From Bacteroidales bacterium (GTDB lineage Bacteria; Bacteroidota; Bacteroidia; Bacteroidales; VadinHA17): a stretch of 64,000 nt of DNA. The notes under the pieces are model-generated. The model searched no databases. It worked only from the letters and a program-made list of their open reading frames with translations, and was not told the origin of the DNA. Each line of letters begins with the position of its first letter. Positions within the stretch are counted from its first letter, which is position 1. Positions 18,150 through 28,754 of the stretch are shown here, piece by piece. A program made the translations under genes and the position numbers. The stretch lies in assembly GCA_046329875.1 (NCBI GenBank), contig JAXLTT010000008.1:62365-126364 (forward strand), read 5' to 3'.

Positions 18150-20333
18150 ATGAAACAAAAACCAGTTCTGAAAAAGTTTATCGCAGCATTTTTACTGTCT
18201 GCATTATTCTCATTTATATCTGTTGCCCAGACAATTGAAGGCGACTGGTATGGAAAGGCTGACCTGGGAGGTTTTGAACTCAGGTTAAATGTTCATGTTA
18301 AGGCTGCCGGAGACAGTTATATTTCAAAGTGGGACAGTCCCGACCAGGGCGCTATGGGTATTCCGTCGACGACCACTTCTTTTAAGTTCCCCGATTTTTC
18401 TTTTTCGTTTGATGAGGCAGGTTTTAAATACACCGGACAGGTAAATTCTGATTATACGACAATCACCGGTGTACTTACACAGAACGGCCGGAAATTCGAT
18501 ATAGTTTTTGGCCGGACTCCTATATTTCCGCCAAAAGGCAGCGAAGCTGACCTTAAGACAAGGTACGATAAGCAGGAAGTTTATATTACAATGAGAGACG
18601 GGGTTAAGCTTTTTACGTCAATCTATACTCCTAAAAACAGCAGTGCAAAAAACCCTATTCTGCTTGACAGGACACCATACGATATCGAACCCGGAGGAAA
18701 GGATCGTTTCAATTATTTTACACTCATATGGTCGCGTTACCTCGATGACAATTACATCCTAGTGTTCCAGGATGTGAGGGGCAGGTTTATGAGCGAAGGA
18801 TGTTTTGAGGATATACGCCCTGTCATCCCGTTCAGGAAGAATGAAAAAGAAACCGACGAATCTACTGATACCTGGGATACGGTCGACTGGCTTGTAAAGA
18901 ACGTCCAGGGATCAAACGGGAATGTTGGAATTTTCGGTGTATCCTACCCGGGCTTCTACTCAACAATGGGTGCAATAAATGCCCATCCTGCCATGAAGGC
19001 CGTCTCGCCGCAGGCACCCGTTACTGCCTGGTTTATAGGTGACGATTTTCACCATAATGGTGCCTTTTTCCTGATGGACTGCTTCAGTTTCTATTCAACA
19101 AACGGGCACGCATTTCACAAACCAACGAGGCAGGGTTTTCCGGGGTTTAATTATCCTACTCCTGATAACTATGAATTCTACCTTTCTCTTGGTGCAATTA
19201 AGAATATCAGTCCCAAATACCTGGGCGATTCTGTAAAGTTCTGGAACGATGCTTTTGCTCATCCCGACTATGACGATTTCTGGAAAGCAAGAGATCCCCG
19301 CCAGTACCTGAAGAATGTGAAACCTGCGGTTATGACAGTCGGCGGCTGGTTTGATGCGGAGGATCTTTATGGCACTCTTCACACCTACCAGGCAATCGAA
19401 AAACAGAATTCTCCTGACACCAAAAACACTCTTGTGATGGGGCCGTGGTCGCATGGACAGTGGAGTGGCGGAAATGCAAAAAACCTTGGCAACATTTACT
19501 GGGGGCAGGATGCAAATGCTTATTACCAGAAACTTGAAAAAGCATTTTTCGATTTTTACTTAAAAGGTTCTGGTGACGGTGCATTCCCCGAAGCAACAAT
19601 CTTTGTTACAGGAACAAACCAGTGGAAGTCATTCACTGAATGGCCTCCCAAAAACGCAGAACAGAAAACACTCTTCCTGCAGCAATCCGGAAATGCAAAC
19701 TACAGCATCCCGACCCTAAAGGTCGCATACGATGAATATGTTTCTGATCCGATGAAGCCTGTGCCTTATACCGAGGATGTTCATACTTACAGAACTGCCG
19801 AGTATATGACTGATGATCAGCGCTTTGCTTCCCGCCGACCCGATGTTATGGTTTACCAGACAGATGTTCTGACAGAAGATATTACAATTGCCGGACCAAT
19901 CACGGCAGATCTTTTTGTTTCGACAACCGGTACCGATGCAGATTTTGTGGTAAAGGTAATTGATGTCTACCCCGGTGATTTTGAAGCACCCAAGGATGAT
20001 GATATTAAGGTTCCAATGGGTGGTTACCAGATGCTTGTAAGGGGAGAGATTTTCAGGGGGAAATACAGGAACAGCTTCGAAAAGCCGGAACCTTTTGTGC
20101 CGGGCAGGGTTACTGAAGTCAGGTATGAGCTTCCTGATATAGCACATACTTTCAAAAAGGGACACAGGATTATGATCCAGGTTCAGAATTCATGGTTTCC
20201 ACTTGCTGACAGGAATCCCCAGAAATTCGTAAACATTTATAAATGCAATGATTCCGACTTCCAGAAAGCCACAATGAGAATATACCACGACAGTAAATAT
20301 CCTTCATCAATTAAGTTCGGAATACTAAAGTAG
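18150..20333 (+). CDS. CocE/NonD family hydrolase / Xaa-Pro dipeptidyl-peptidase (peptidase S15)
   Basis: Signal peptide, nucleophile elbow GVSYPG, and a C-terminal PepX_C-like beta-sandwich. ATG at 18150 (the track starts at a TTG at 18144). Confidence 0.85.
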   Translation: MKQKPVLKKFIAAFLLSALFSFISVAQTIEGDWYGKADLGGFELRLNVHVKAAGDSYISKWDSPDQGAMGIPSTTTSFKFPDFSFSFDEAGFKYTGQVNSDYTTITGVLTQNGRKFDIVFGRTPIFPPKGSEADLKTRYDKQEVYITMRDGVKLFTSIYTPKNSSAKNPILLDRTPYDIEPGGKDRFNYFTLIWSRYLDDNYILVFQDVRGRFMSEGCFEDIRPVIPFRKNEKETDESTDTWDTVDWLVKNVQGSNGNVGIFGVSYPGFYSTMGAINAHPAMKAVSPQAPVTAWFIGDDFHHNGAFFLMDCFSFYSTNGHAFHKPTRQGFPGFNYPTPDNYEFYLSLGAIKNISPKYLGDSVKFWNDAFAHPDYDDFWKARDPRQYLKNVKPAVMTVGGWFDAEDLYGTLHTYQAIEKQNSPDTKNTLVMGPWSHGQWSGGNAKNLGNIYWGQDANAYYQKLEKAFFDFYLKGSGDGAFPEATIFVTGTNQWKSFTEWPPKNAEQKTLFLQQSGNANYSIPTLKVAYDEYVSDPMKPVPYTEDVHTYRTAEYMTDDQRFASRRPDVMVYQTDVLTEDITIAGPITADLFVSTTGTDADFVVKVIDVYPGDFEAPKDDDIKVPMGGYQMLVRGEIFRGKYRNSFEKPEPFVPGRVTEVRYELPDIAHTFKKGHRIMIQVQNSWFPLADRNPQKFVNIYKCNDSDFQKATMRIYHDSKYPSSIKFGILK

Positions 20334-20368
20334 AAAGAGACAATTCATAAGTCCAGAATTATATAATG

Positions 20369-20409
20369 ACCGGGAGATGATTGATTTATAGTTATCATTT
20401 CCCGGTTTT
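20369..20409 (+). terminator. intrinsic terminator after the S15 peptidase gene
   Basis: ACCGGGAGATGAT (20369-20381) pairs with ATCATTTCCCGGT (20394-20406) with one G-U pair, followed by TTT. Confidence 0.6.
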
Positions 20410-20583
20410 CGTATGTATGTCACTGCCATTATCATTTGTGGATAATCCGTCTATTTTTCAACATACTTATTCTATATGGCATTTTACATGCAGGTGCTAA
20501 TAAAATTTTTTTATTATTGCAGCCAGTTATTGGAGCTATAACCATATATGCAAATAGTTACACGAACGATTAATATTGGAGAG

Positions 20584-20781
20584 ATGGACGGAACAAGGAG
20601 GGATGATATTAAACCAGGCATTGTTGTGATGGTTGAACTGACCGAGGATAAAAGGACCGGTAAACTCACCGGGGGACGGGTACAGGAAGTGCTTACAAGT
20701 TCACCGAACCATCCTCACGGCATAAAAGTCAAACTTGACAATGGTCTTGTAGGAAGGGTTAAACAGATTATCACAATCTGA
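20584..20781 (+). CDS. YwbE family protein (DUF2196)
   Basis: KRTGKLTGGRVQEVLTSSPNHPHGIKVKLDNGLVGRV is the YwbE signature. I prefer the ATG at 20584 to the tracked start at 20548. Confidence 0.8.
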   Translation: MDGTRRDDIKPGIVVMVELTEDKRTGKLTGGRVQEVLTSSPNHPHGIKVKLDNGLVGRVKQIITI

Positions 20782-20885
20782 TCCGGCAGGGCAGAAGTCC
20801 ATATTTCTCATATTTTCACCAGTTTCATTATTTTATCTATTTTTGAACGAAAGTAAATTGCCGTATTTCGTTTAAAAAAGATCAG

Positions 20886-22211
20886 ATGGAACATTCCGAT
20901 TTCCAGGTTAAAACGCTTGGAACCCCCAGGGTAAAATCTCCTTTAATACAAGCTGCGAGAAATTACAGTCCCTTATATAAATTCATCGAGGATAAGGAAA
21001 GGATACTCTATGACATTTCAATAGAGAACTATACAAAGTGCCTTAATGAATCAGCCACTCCCCTTTCACTTGAAAAGGCCGGACCCCGCGAGAATATCTT
21101 TTTTGAACCCGCGAAAACCAAGGTTGGTATAATAACATGCGGCGGTCTGTGTCCGGGACTTAATAATGTAATCAGGAGCCTCGTTAACGAGTTGTTCTAC
21201 AGGTACGGCGTTACCAGGATACTCGGGTTTAAATACGGGTATGAAGGGCTTATTTCGAAATACAATCATCCGGTTGTGGAACTGACACCACAACTTGTTG
21301 CAAATCTTCATCTTATAGGAGGCAGCTTTCTTGGCTCATCGCGAGGACTGCAGGATGTTGCAAGCATGGTTGATACCCTCGAGGTAATGAATATCAATAT
21401 CCTTTTCTGTATCGGCGGTGACGGAACACTTAAGGGTGCGCATGCAATACACGAGGAGATAGCAGCAAGGAACCTTAAGATTGCTGTTGCCGGCATACCC
21501 AAGACAATTGACAATGATATAGATCTTATTGAGAAATCATTCGGCTTTGAAACTGCATATTCAATAGCAAATGATATTATCAGAAATGCACATAATGAAG
21601 CGGCAGGGGCTTACAATGGCGTTGCGCTTGTTAAGCTTATGGGACGTGATTCGGGATTTATAGCCGCCCATTCCGCCCTCTCGATCCAGGAGGTTAATTT
21701 CGTGCTGATTCCTGAGGTTAGTTTTGATCTCTATGGCACCCGTGGTTTCCTTAAAATACTGAGACAGAGGCTTGAAGAACGGCGACACGCAGTCGTTGTA
21801 GTTGCCGAAGGTGCCGGCCAGGATCTTTTCGATAAATCTGAAATTGAAAGGGATGCCTCAGGGAATATAAAGCCCAAGGATATTGGCGTATTTCTTAAGG
21901 ATAAGATTGCTGAAGAGTTCACAAACAAGGGATTTCCATTCGCTATCAGATATATCGATCCAAGTTATATAATAAGAAGTGCACCGGCCAACCCGAACGA
22001 CAGTAAATTCTGCAGCCAGCTTGCAATGAATACAGTACACGCAGCTATGGCGGGAAAAACAGATTTCGTTACAGGTAACTGGAACAGCACCTTCACTTTA
22101 CTTCCAATCCCGATCGCCACAGCCAGAAGAAAAAAGATAGATGTTAACGGGGAACTCTGGTGGAATGTTATTGAAGCCACCGGCCAGCCATCTTCCATGA
22201 AAAACCCATGA
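20886..22211 (+). CDS. pfkA: 6-phosphofructokinase (PFK family A)
   Basis: GIITCGGLCPGLNNVIR, GGDGTL, IPKTIDND, MGRDSGF. Confidence 0.9.
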   Translation: MEHSDFQVKTLGTPRVKSPLIQAARNYSPLYKFIEDKERILYDISIENYTKCLNESATPLSLEKAGPRENIFFEPAKTKVGIITCGGLCPGLNNVIRSLVNELFYRYGVTRILGFKYGYEGLISKYNHPVVELTPQLVANLHLIGGSFLGSSRGLQDVASMVDTLEVMNINILFCIGGDGTLKGAHAIHEEIAARNLKIAVAGIPKTIDNDIDLIEKSFGFETAYSIANDIIRNAHNEAAGAYNGVALVKLMGRDSGFIAAHSALSIQEVNFVLIPEVSFDLYGTRGFLKILRQRLEERRHAVVVVAEGAGQDLFDKSEIERDASGNIKPKDIGVFLKDKIAEEFTNKGFPFAIRYIDPSYIIRSAPANPNDSKFCSQLAMNTVHAAMAGKTDFVTGNWNSTFTLLPIPIATARRKKIDVNGELWWNVIEATGQPSSMKNP

Positions 22212-22822
22212 TAAAGAACATAGTCTTTGATCTCGGCAACGTCCTGCTTAGCTGGAAACCCGAGCAGTTTCTCATTGACAACGGTTATAACGCCTCAAAG
22301 CGCGATCAGTATCTGAACGAAATTTTTAAAAGTCCGGAGTGGCTGGCTCTCGATAACGGGGATATGGATACAAGGACCGCCATAAATGCGATTTCGAAAA
22401 AGTCATCCCTTGAAACGGCCGAAATTTTCGCTGTATTCAATTTAAGGACCAGGATACTCTCTCCTCTCACCGATAACGCCAAACTGCTTCCAGGGCTAAA
22501 AAAAGCAGGTTTCAGGCTATATTATCTCTCCAACTTCCCCGAGGACATTTTTGACGAAGTTTTTTCATCTCACAGTTTTTTCGGGATTTTTGATGGCGGA
22601 ATAATTTCAGCAAGGGCAAAAGCATCGAAACCCGATGAAAGGATTTATAAAATCCTCCTTGAAAAATATTCAATCCTTCCTGAAGAAACACTATTCATAG
22701 ACGACACTCATGTAAATGCAGAAGCTGCAAAAAAACTTGGTCTTTCTGTTATTCATCTTTCTGACCACTCAAAACTGAAGGAACTTGTTGAAGATTTTCT
22801 CGGGATTTCAATTGAGGGTTGA
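22208..22822 (+). CDS. HAD family hydrolase (YihX-like phosphatase)
   Basis: Motif I VFDLGNVLL, and LFIDD in motif IV. ATGA overlap with pfk. Confidence 0.8.
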   Translation: MIKNIVFDLGNVLLSWKPEQFLIDNGYNASKRDQYLNEIFKSPEWLALDNGDMDTRTAINAISKKSSLETAEIFAVFNLRTRILSPLTDNAKLLPGLKKAGFRLYYLSNFPEDIFDEVFSSHSFFGIFDGGIISARAKASKPDERIYKILLEKYSILPEETLFIDDTHVNAEAAKKLGLSVIHLSDHSKLKELVEDFLGISIEG

Positions 22823-22936
22823 AATTTGTCCCTTTTGCCTCTGATTTTTACGCCCGTCAGCCCTGATTCTTAAAAATATTCGATTCTCACGAGGTTAAGC
22901 GCGCGAAAAAACAACATAAACACCTATATGCTAGTT

Positions 22937-22965
22937 ACTTACGAGTAGTTCTCGTAAGTTTTGTT
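22937..22965 (+). terminator. intrinsic terminator hairpin
   Basis: ACTTACGAG (22937-22945), loop TAGTT, CTCGTAAGT (22951-22959), then TTTGTT. Confidence 0.5.
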
Positions 22966-22981
22966 CCACGTGAAACCAGCG

Positions 22982-24769
22982 TCAGTCTGCAAAAAAACTC
23001 GTAAGTATCGCGCTCTTTTTAGCCCCTATCAGTTTTTCAAGCTCTTCTTTGCCAGCATTTCTTATATCATCGATTGACCTGAAATTTTTAAGAAGCAATT
23101 CCTTAGTCACCGGTCCTATTCCCTGGATTTCGTCGAGTATCGACTTTGTCATTTCTGATGATCGCTTGTCCCTGTGAAAATTTATTCCAAACCGGTGTGC
23201 CTCGTCGCGTAGTTGCTGGATAATTTTCAGGCTGTACGATTTCTTATCGAGGTAAATCGGGACACTGTCGCCCGGGAAATAAATTTCCTCGAGTTTTTTG
23301 GCAATGCCGATTATTGTGATTTTCCCTCTCAGACCAAGTTTGTCAATGCTCTTCATTGCAGACGACAGCTGTCCTTTGCCGCCGTCTATAATAATAAGGT
23401 GGGGAAGCGATTGTCCCTCGTCAAGAAGCCGCTTGTACCTCCTCCCGACTATCTCTTCCATAGATGAAAAATCATCCGGTCCGCTTACGGTTTTTATGTT
23501 ATAGTGCCTGTAGTCCTTTTTTGAAGGGCGCCCGTCTTTGAATACAACGCAGGCGGCTACAGGATTTGTTCCCATAATGTTCGAGTTATCAAAACACTCT
23601 ATATGCACCGGAATATCGGGCATATGAAGATCGTTTTTCAGCTTTTCAAGGTTCTTGCCGGTTCTGGTTTCAGTGGATTTTTCAGCCGTCCTTTTCTTTT
23701 GTTCCAGCTTATAATAAACTGCATTTCTGAGCGCCAGGTCGAGCAATTTCTTTTTGTCACCAATTTCAGGCACCGTATATTTTATTTTGTCAAGCCTGAT
23801 GTCTGGCTGAAAGGGAACTATGATCTCAGGTGCGTCGCTTCCAAGTCGCCTGCGGATCTCTGCTATTCCGAAAGAGAGCAGGGCTTCCTTTGTTTCATCA
23901 AGCCGGCTGCGCATTTCAAGGGTAAATGCCTGTACTATTGCCCCGTGCGACACTTTTATGAAGTTAATATAAGCGTTTCCCGATTCTTCCGTATAACCGA
24001 AGACATCAACATTTTTAATTGTTGTACTAACTATGGTTGACTTGCTTTTATACCTCGAAAGCAGGTCTATTTTTTCTTTTATAACCTGAGCCTCCTCGAA
24101 GCGGAGATCAGCAGCCAGTGCAAGCATGCGCTCCTTCAGGTGCTCAATTACAGAAGAAATATTTCCTTTTAAAATGTCTTTTATCTGGCTTATATTATCA
24201 TCATATTCCTTCTCCTCCTGCTTTCCAATGCATGGAGCTTTGCAGTTACCTATCTGATATTCAAGGCATACCTTAAGATTACCTGATGTAATATTCTCAG
24301 GAGTCAGCCTGTAGTTACAGGTTCTGAGCTGAAATAGCTGACGGATAAGGGTGATTAGTGTTTTCACCATCAATGCCGACGTATATGGTCCGAAATACTG
24401 GGATCCGTCTGCAAATACATTTCTTGTGCTGAAGACCCTTGGAAAGGGCTCATTTTTTATGCAGATCCAGGGGAAGGTCTTGTCGTCTTTAAGCAGTATA
24501 TTATATCTGGGCTGAAGCTTCTTTATCAGATTGTTTTCAAGGAGCAGTGCATCCGATTCATTGTCGACTACAATATGCTTTATACCTGCAGACCGCTTAA
24601 GCAGCGCTTGTGTCTTTCCACTCTGGTTTTTTGCAAAGTACGACGATACCCTTTTCTTAAGATTGCTGGCTTTACCAACATAAATGACTGTATTGTTCTC
24701 GTCAAGAAACTGGTAAACCCCGGGCTTTCCGGGCAGGGACAAAAGAATGGACTTGTAGTCGGCAATCAT
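22982..24769 (-). CDS. uvrC: excinuclease ABC subunit C
   Basis: GIY-YIG N-terminus (GVYQF...VIYVGKA), a UVR domain, a C-terminal endonuclease domain and an HhH. Confidence 0.95.
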   Translation of the reverse strand: MIADYKSILLSLPGKPGVYQFLDENNTVIYVGKASNLKKRVSSYFAKNQSGKTQALLKRSAGIKHIVVDNESDALLLENNLIKKLQPRYNILLKDDKTFPWICIKNEPFPRVFSTRNVFADGSQYFGPYTSALMVKTLITLIRQLFQLRTCNYRLTPENITSGNLKVCLEYQIGNCKAPCIGKQEEKEYDDNISQIKDILKGNISSVIEHLKERMLALAADLRFEEAQVIKEKIDLLSRYKSKSTIVSTTIKNVDVFGYTEESGNAYINFIKVSHGAIVQAFTLEMRSRLDETKEALLSFGIAEIRRRLGSDAPEIIVPFQPDIRLDKIKYTVPEIGDKKKLLDLALRNAVYYKLEQKKRTAEKSTETRTGKNLEKLKNDLHMPDIPVHIECFDNSNIMGTNPVAACVVFKDGRPSKKDYRHYNIKTVSGPDDFSSMEEIVGRRYKRLLDEGQSLPHLIIIDGGKGQLSSAMKSIDKLGLRGKITIIGIAKKLEEIYFPGDSVPIYLDKKSYSLKIIQQLRDEAHRFGINFHRDKRSSEMTKSILDEIQGIGPVTKELLLKNFRSIDDIRNAGKEELEKLIGAKKSAILTSFFAD

Positions 24770-24808
24770 CCTTCAAGGAATATTTTCTTCAAATATACCT
24801 ATTGTGAT

Positions 24809-26428
24809 TCACTCCCCGAAAAGCGGGACCAGGGAGAACCTTGTGCAGTCAAACAGTCCGCGGTCGCTGATTTTAAGATCGGGGATAACAAGCAGTGCCA
24901 TAAACGACAGTGTCATGAACGGTGCGGCCAGTGACGATCCCAGCTCCCTGACCATAACTGAAAGCGATTCATATTTTTCAGCTACAGCTTCACAGCTTTC
25001 ATCCGACATGATACCGCCAATATTAAGTTTTAATGAAGTAAGCCGGTTCCCATCCGATACGGCCAGCCCTCCTTTCATCCTGATAATTTCATTTATGCAC
25101 TCAACTATTGAGCTGTCGTCTGCGCCCACACAGATTATGTTATGGCTGTCATGTGCCACAGAGCTTGCAAAAGCGCCCTTTTTCAATCCGAATCCTGTAA
25201 TAAATCCAACTGCAGGATTTGCATTTTTATACCTGTCTTTAACTACTATTTTCAATATATCTGACCCCGGATCCGCCACCACAAAGTCTCCTGCCGGAAC
25301 TTCTTTAAGCACACTCTTTGTCAGCAGCTCCCCATCGAAAGCCTGGATAATCTTTAGTTTTCTGTGCTCATTCCTGACCCTGATATCCTCCTGGCTTATA
25401 AAATCTGATCTGAAATTGTTTACGGCCTCCCCTTTTGAATAAGTGAAACTTGCGTTCCCGTCTGAAAATACCTTCACCCCTTTAATCCAGGTCTCAAGAA
25501 CATTCATTGTTGCAAGATCCTCCACAATAATAAAATCAGCAGGATCACCTTCCCTCAGAAGCCCGCACTCAAGCTTATAATGCAATACAGGATTAACAGT
25601 GCACGATCTTATAATATCAAAAAGATCATACCCTTCCGTAATTAACCTGGCTACAAGCTTATTTATATGCCTCCTTACAAGCATTTCCGGATGAATGTCA
25701 TCACTGCAAAGCATGACCTTTTCAGGATGCATCCTGTATAAATCCTTAAGAGAATCAAGGTTTCTTGCGGCACTTCCCTCCCGTATAAGAACCTTCATTC
25801 CATACAGTATCTTTTCCAGAGCCTCATCCAGTGTGCTGCACTCATGGTCAGTTGAAATTCCCGCCTGACAATATTTTCTTAATGATTCCCTACTGAGTCC
25901 GGGCGCATGTCCGTCTACCGGCTTTCCAGCCCTGGCGGCATGATTTATCTTTGCAAGAACTTCTTTATCATCATAGATTACGCCCGGATAATTCATCATT
26001 TCAGAAAGATATTTTATCCTGCTGTCTCTGAGTAAAACCTCAATATCATTTGCGTTTACAGAACCTCCTGCGGATTCAAAGGAAGTTGCCGGAACACATG
26101 ATGGAGCGCCAAACCAGAAATAAAACGGAACTTTTCCTGCATCTTCCATCATATAATTTACTCCGTCAATTCCCATCACATTTGCTATTTCATGAGGATC
26201 TGAAACAGCACCTATTGTGCCATGCCTTACTGCCGTCAAAGAAAAAGCCCCAGGGGTAACCATGGAGCTTTCTATATGAACGTGTGAATCTATTAGTCCC
26301 GGCAGTATAAAAACATCCGCATTTTCATGGCTTCGTTCAACTGCCTTTATAATTCCATTTTCGACATCCACAATCGCAGGGTAAATTTCCCTTCTGAAAA
26401 TATCGACAAAACGTCCTTTTATTTTCAT
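24809..26428 (-). CDS. ade: adenine deaminase
   Basis: Amidohydrolase fold with GLIDSHVHIESS. Length and C-terminal domain are typical of Ade. Confidence 0.85.
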   Translation of the reverse strand: MKIKGRFVDIFRREIYPAIVDVENGIIKAVERSHENADVFILPGLIDSHVHIESSMVTPGAFSLTAVRHGTIGAVSDPHEIANVMGIDGVNYMMEDAGKVPFYFWFGAPSCVPATSFESAGGSVNANDIEVLLRDSRIKYLSEMMNYPGVIYDDKEVLAKINHAARAGKPVDGHAPGLSRESLRKYCQAGISTDHECSTLDEALEKILYGMKVLIREGSAARNLDSLKDLYRMHPEKVMLCSDDIHPEMLVRRHINKLVARLITEGYDLFDIIRSCTVNPVLHYKLECGLLREGDPADFIIVEDLATMNVLETWIKGVKVFSDGNASFTYSKGEAVNNFRSDFISQEDIRVRNEHRKLKIIQAFDGELLTKSVLKEVPAGDFVVADPGSDILKIVVKDRYKNANPAVGFITGFGLKKGAFASSVAHDSHNIICVGADDSSIVECINEIIRMKGGLAVSDGNRLTSLKLNIGGIMSDESCEAVAEKYESLSVMVRELGSSLAAPFMTLSFMALLVIPDLKISDRGLFDCTRFSLVPLFGE

Positions 26429-26458
26429 TTTTTATTTTTTATTGTTCCACGTGGAACA

Positions 26459-28348
26459 TTATCTTCCCAGGTACATTAATAAAATATTGACATCCGAAGG
26501 TGAAACGCCGCTGATTCTGCTTGCCTGACCTATAGACGAAGGCTTAATCTTTGTAAGCTTCTGCCTCCCCTCTGTAGATATTGAAAGTAATTCATTGTAA
26601 TTAATATCACCTGGAATCTTCAATAATTCCAGTCTCTTAATTTTATCAGCTACTACTTTTTCCCTTTGAATATATCCCTCATATTTAATTCTTATTTCAG
26701 CCGACTCTATAACTTCCCTGAGTATTGTCTCTTCAATTCCTGCAAGGGAAGCTCCTTTATCAATGACTTCAATAAGATCTTTTAAAACCACCTGTGGTCT
26801 CGATGCAATAGAAACAGCTTTTGTTCTTTGTGTAATATGGGTTGTTCCTACAGATTCAAGAAATGAATTAATCTGTGTTGGCTCGATTCTGCTGTTATTA
26901 ACAAATTCTATAAGTTTATCAATTTGCCCGCGCTTCTCTTCTAACCTCTGATATCTCTCCTTGCTTACTGTCCCGATTTTAAATCCTTTTTGGGTTAATC
27001 TTTCATCTGCATTGTCCTGGCGTAACAGTATCCTGTATTCAGCTCTCGATGTAAACATCCTGTATGGTTCGTCCACCCCTTTTGTTACAAGATCATCTAT
27101 AAGTACACCTATATATGCCTCATCTCTTCCAAGAACAAATTCCTCTTCTCCCCTTGTTTTTAAAACCGCATTTATACCTGCAATCAAACCCTGCGCCGCA
27201 GCTTCTTCATATCCTGTTGTACCATTAATCTGTCCTGCGAAGTACAAATTTGATACTCTCTTTGTCTCCAGTGTGTGCTTGAGTTGTGTTGGCTGGAAAA
27301 AATCGTATTCGATTGCATATCCTGGTCTGTAAATCTCAACATTTTCAAGTCCGGGAATCTTTCTCAATGCCTTTATCTGGACTTCCATCGGGAGGCTGCT
27401 CGAGAACCCGTTTAAATAAAACTCATTTGTATCCCAACCCTCTGGTTCTATAAATAACTGGTGAGCGTTTTTTTCTTTAAATGTTACAATCTTATCTTCA
27501 ATGCTTGGACAATATCTTGGGCCTCTCCCTTTAATCTTACCTGTAAACAGCGGACTAAATTCCAGACCTTTTCTCAATTCCTCATGAACATCTTCATTTG
27601 TATGAGTAATAAAGCAACTCATCTCATCCGGAATTTCAACAGTCCCGTTCATGTAAGAAAAAGATCTCCCCTCCCCGTCACCCTTCTGCTCGATCGTCTT
27701 GCTGAAATCAATAGTCCGGCCGTCAAGCCTGGCACTGGTACCTGTCTTCATCCTTTCGACAGTGAATCCTGTTTCCGCAAGCTGATCGCTCAAACCATAT
27801 GATGCCTGTTCACCTGATCTTCCTCCTTTAAAATTCCTGAAACCAATATGCATAAGTCCGTTCAGGAAGGTACCGTTTGTCAGGATAATTGCTGATCCGG
27901 TGAAAACAGTCCCAAGGGATGTCTTAACCCCTTCAGCCCTTCCATCCTTAAATACAATTTCGGTCGCCTGTTCCTGCCATATATGCAGATTTTGCGTATT
28001 CTCGATTTCCTTTCTCCACTCTTTTGTAAATAATTGCCTGTCGCATTGCGCCCTTGGACTCCACATTGCAGGACCTTTTGACCTGTTAAGCATTCTGAAC
28101 TGGATCATGCTTCTGTCTGTAATCAGACCGCTTGCACCTCCAAGAGCATCAATTTCTCTTACAATCTGTCCTTTTGCAATACCGCCCATAGCTGGATTAC
28201 ATGACATCTGCGCAAGTTTGGTCATGTCCATTGTAATAAGAAGGGTTTTTGCACCCATAACGGCAGCTATCCTGGCAGCCTCACAACCTGCATGCCCCCC
28301 TCCAACAACTATTATATCATAATTAAGCTCCATTATCTGACTTGTCAA
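26459..28348 (-). CDS. mnmG: tRNA uridine 5-carboxymethylaminomethyl modification enzyme MnmG
   Basis: FAD motif [23 protein letters not shown], and the C-terminal GidA-associated domain. Confidence 0.95.
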   Translation of the reverse strand: MTSQIMELNYDIIVVGGGHAGCEAARIAAVMGAKTLLITMDMTKLAQMSCNPAMGGIAKGQIVREIDALGGASGLITDRSMIQFRMLNRSKGPAMWSPRAQCDRQLFTKEWRKEIENTQNLHIWQEQATEIVFKDGRAEGVKTSLGTVFTGSAIILTNGTFLNGLMHIGFRNFKGGRSGEQASYGLSDQLAETGFTVERMKTGTSARLDGRTIDFSKTIEQKGDGEGRSFSYMNGTVEIPDEMSCFITHTNEDVHEELRKGLEFSPLFTGKIKGRGPRYCPSIEDKIVTFKEKNAHQLFIEPEGWDTNEFYLNGFSSSLPMEVQIKALRKIPGLENVEIYRPGYAIEYDFFQPTQLKHTLETKRVSNLYFAGQINGTTGYEEAAAQGLIAGINAVLKTRGEEEFVLGRDEAYIGVLIDDLVTKGVDEPYRMFTSRAEYRILLRQDNADERLTQKGFKIGTVSKERYQRLEEKRGQIDKLIEFVNNSRIEPTQINSFLESVGTTHITQRTKAVSIASRPQVVLKDLIEVIDKGASLAGIEETILREVIESAEIRIKYEGYIQREKVVADKIKRLELLKIPGDINYNELLSISTEGRQKLTKIKPSSIGQASRISGVSPSDVNILLMYLGR

Positions 28349-28754
28349 AGATATTCAACCAGTAATCTTCCCGTTCATGCATCTTTAGCTTCTTCCTCTC
28401 CGTATCATCTTCATACCCGCAGATATGAAGAGTTCCATGGATCATAACCCTTAGGATTTCCCTTTTATAACTAACATTATAGTTAAGCGCATTTGTTCTT
28501 ACAGTATCCACACTAATATAAACCTCTCCGAATTTTTCCTCCTTGCCATAATTAAAACTGATAACATCGGTAAACCAGTTATGGTTCAGAAACTGCCTGT
28601 TGATATTGAGAATTGCATTATCATCTGCCAGAATAAAATTAAGGTCACCCGAAAAGTTACCTTCTTCCGAAATGACCCTAACAATAAGATCCCGGATCTT
28701 TTTCCACCCTTTCAGCCGAAAATCGATCCCATCATAAAATATCTTTACTTTCAA
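28323..28754 (-). CDS. ybeY: rRNA maturation RNase YbeY
   Basis: Metal site [11 protein letters not shown]. The 3' end overlaps the mnmG start by 26 nt. Confidence 0.9.
   Translation of the reverse strand: MKVKIFYDGIDFRLKGWKKIRDLIVRVISEEGNFSGDLNFILADDNAILNINRQFLNHNWFTDVISFNYGKEEKFGEVYISVDTVRTNALNYNVSYKREILRVMIHGTLHICGYEDDTERKKLKMHEREDYWLNIFDKSDNGA

Noticed and set aside
24804-25442. 212-aa plus-strand ORF, and similar long antisense ORFs elsewhere (1047-1475, 27900-28322, 28581-29054, 33781-34107, 44634-45116, 54745-55215, 57264-57650)
   Set aside because: Each is fully nested antisense within a confidently recognised gene (ade, ctaD, mnmG, ybeY/HATPase, PPIase/pheS, the purF-like gene, RND, MFP). 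Their translations are Ser/Pro/Leu-rich and low-complexity with no recognisable motifs, which is typical of shadow ORFs.
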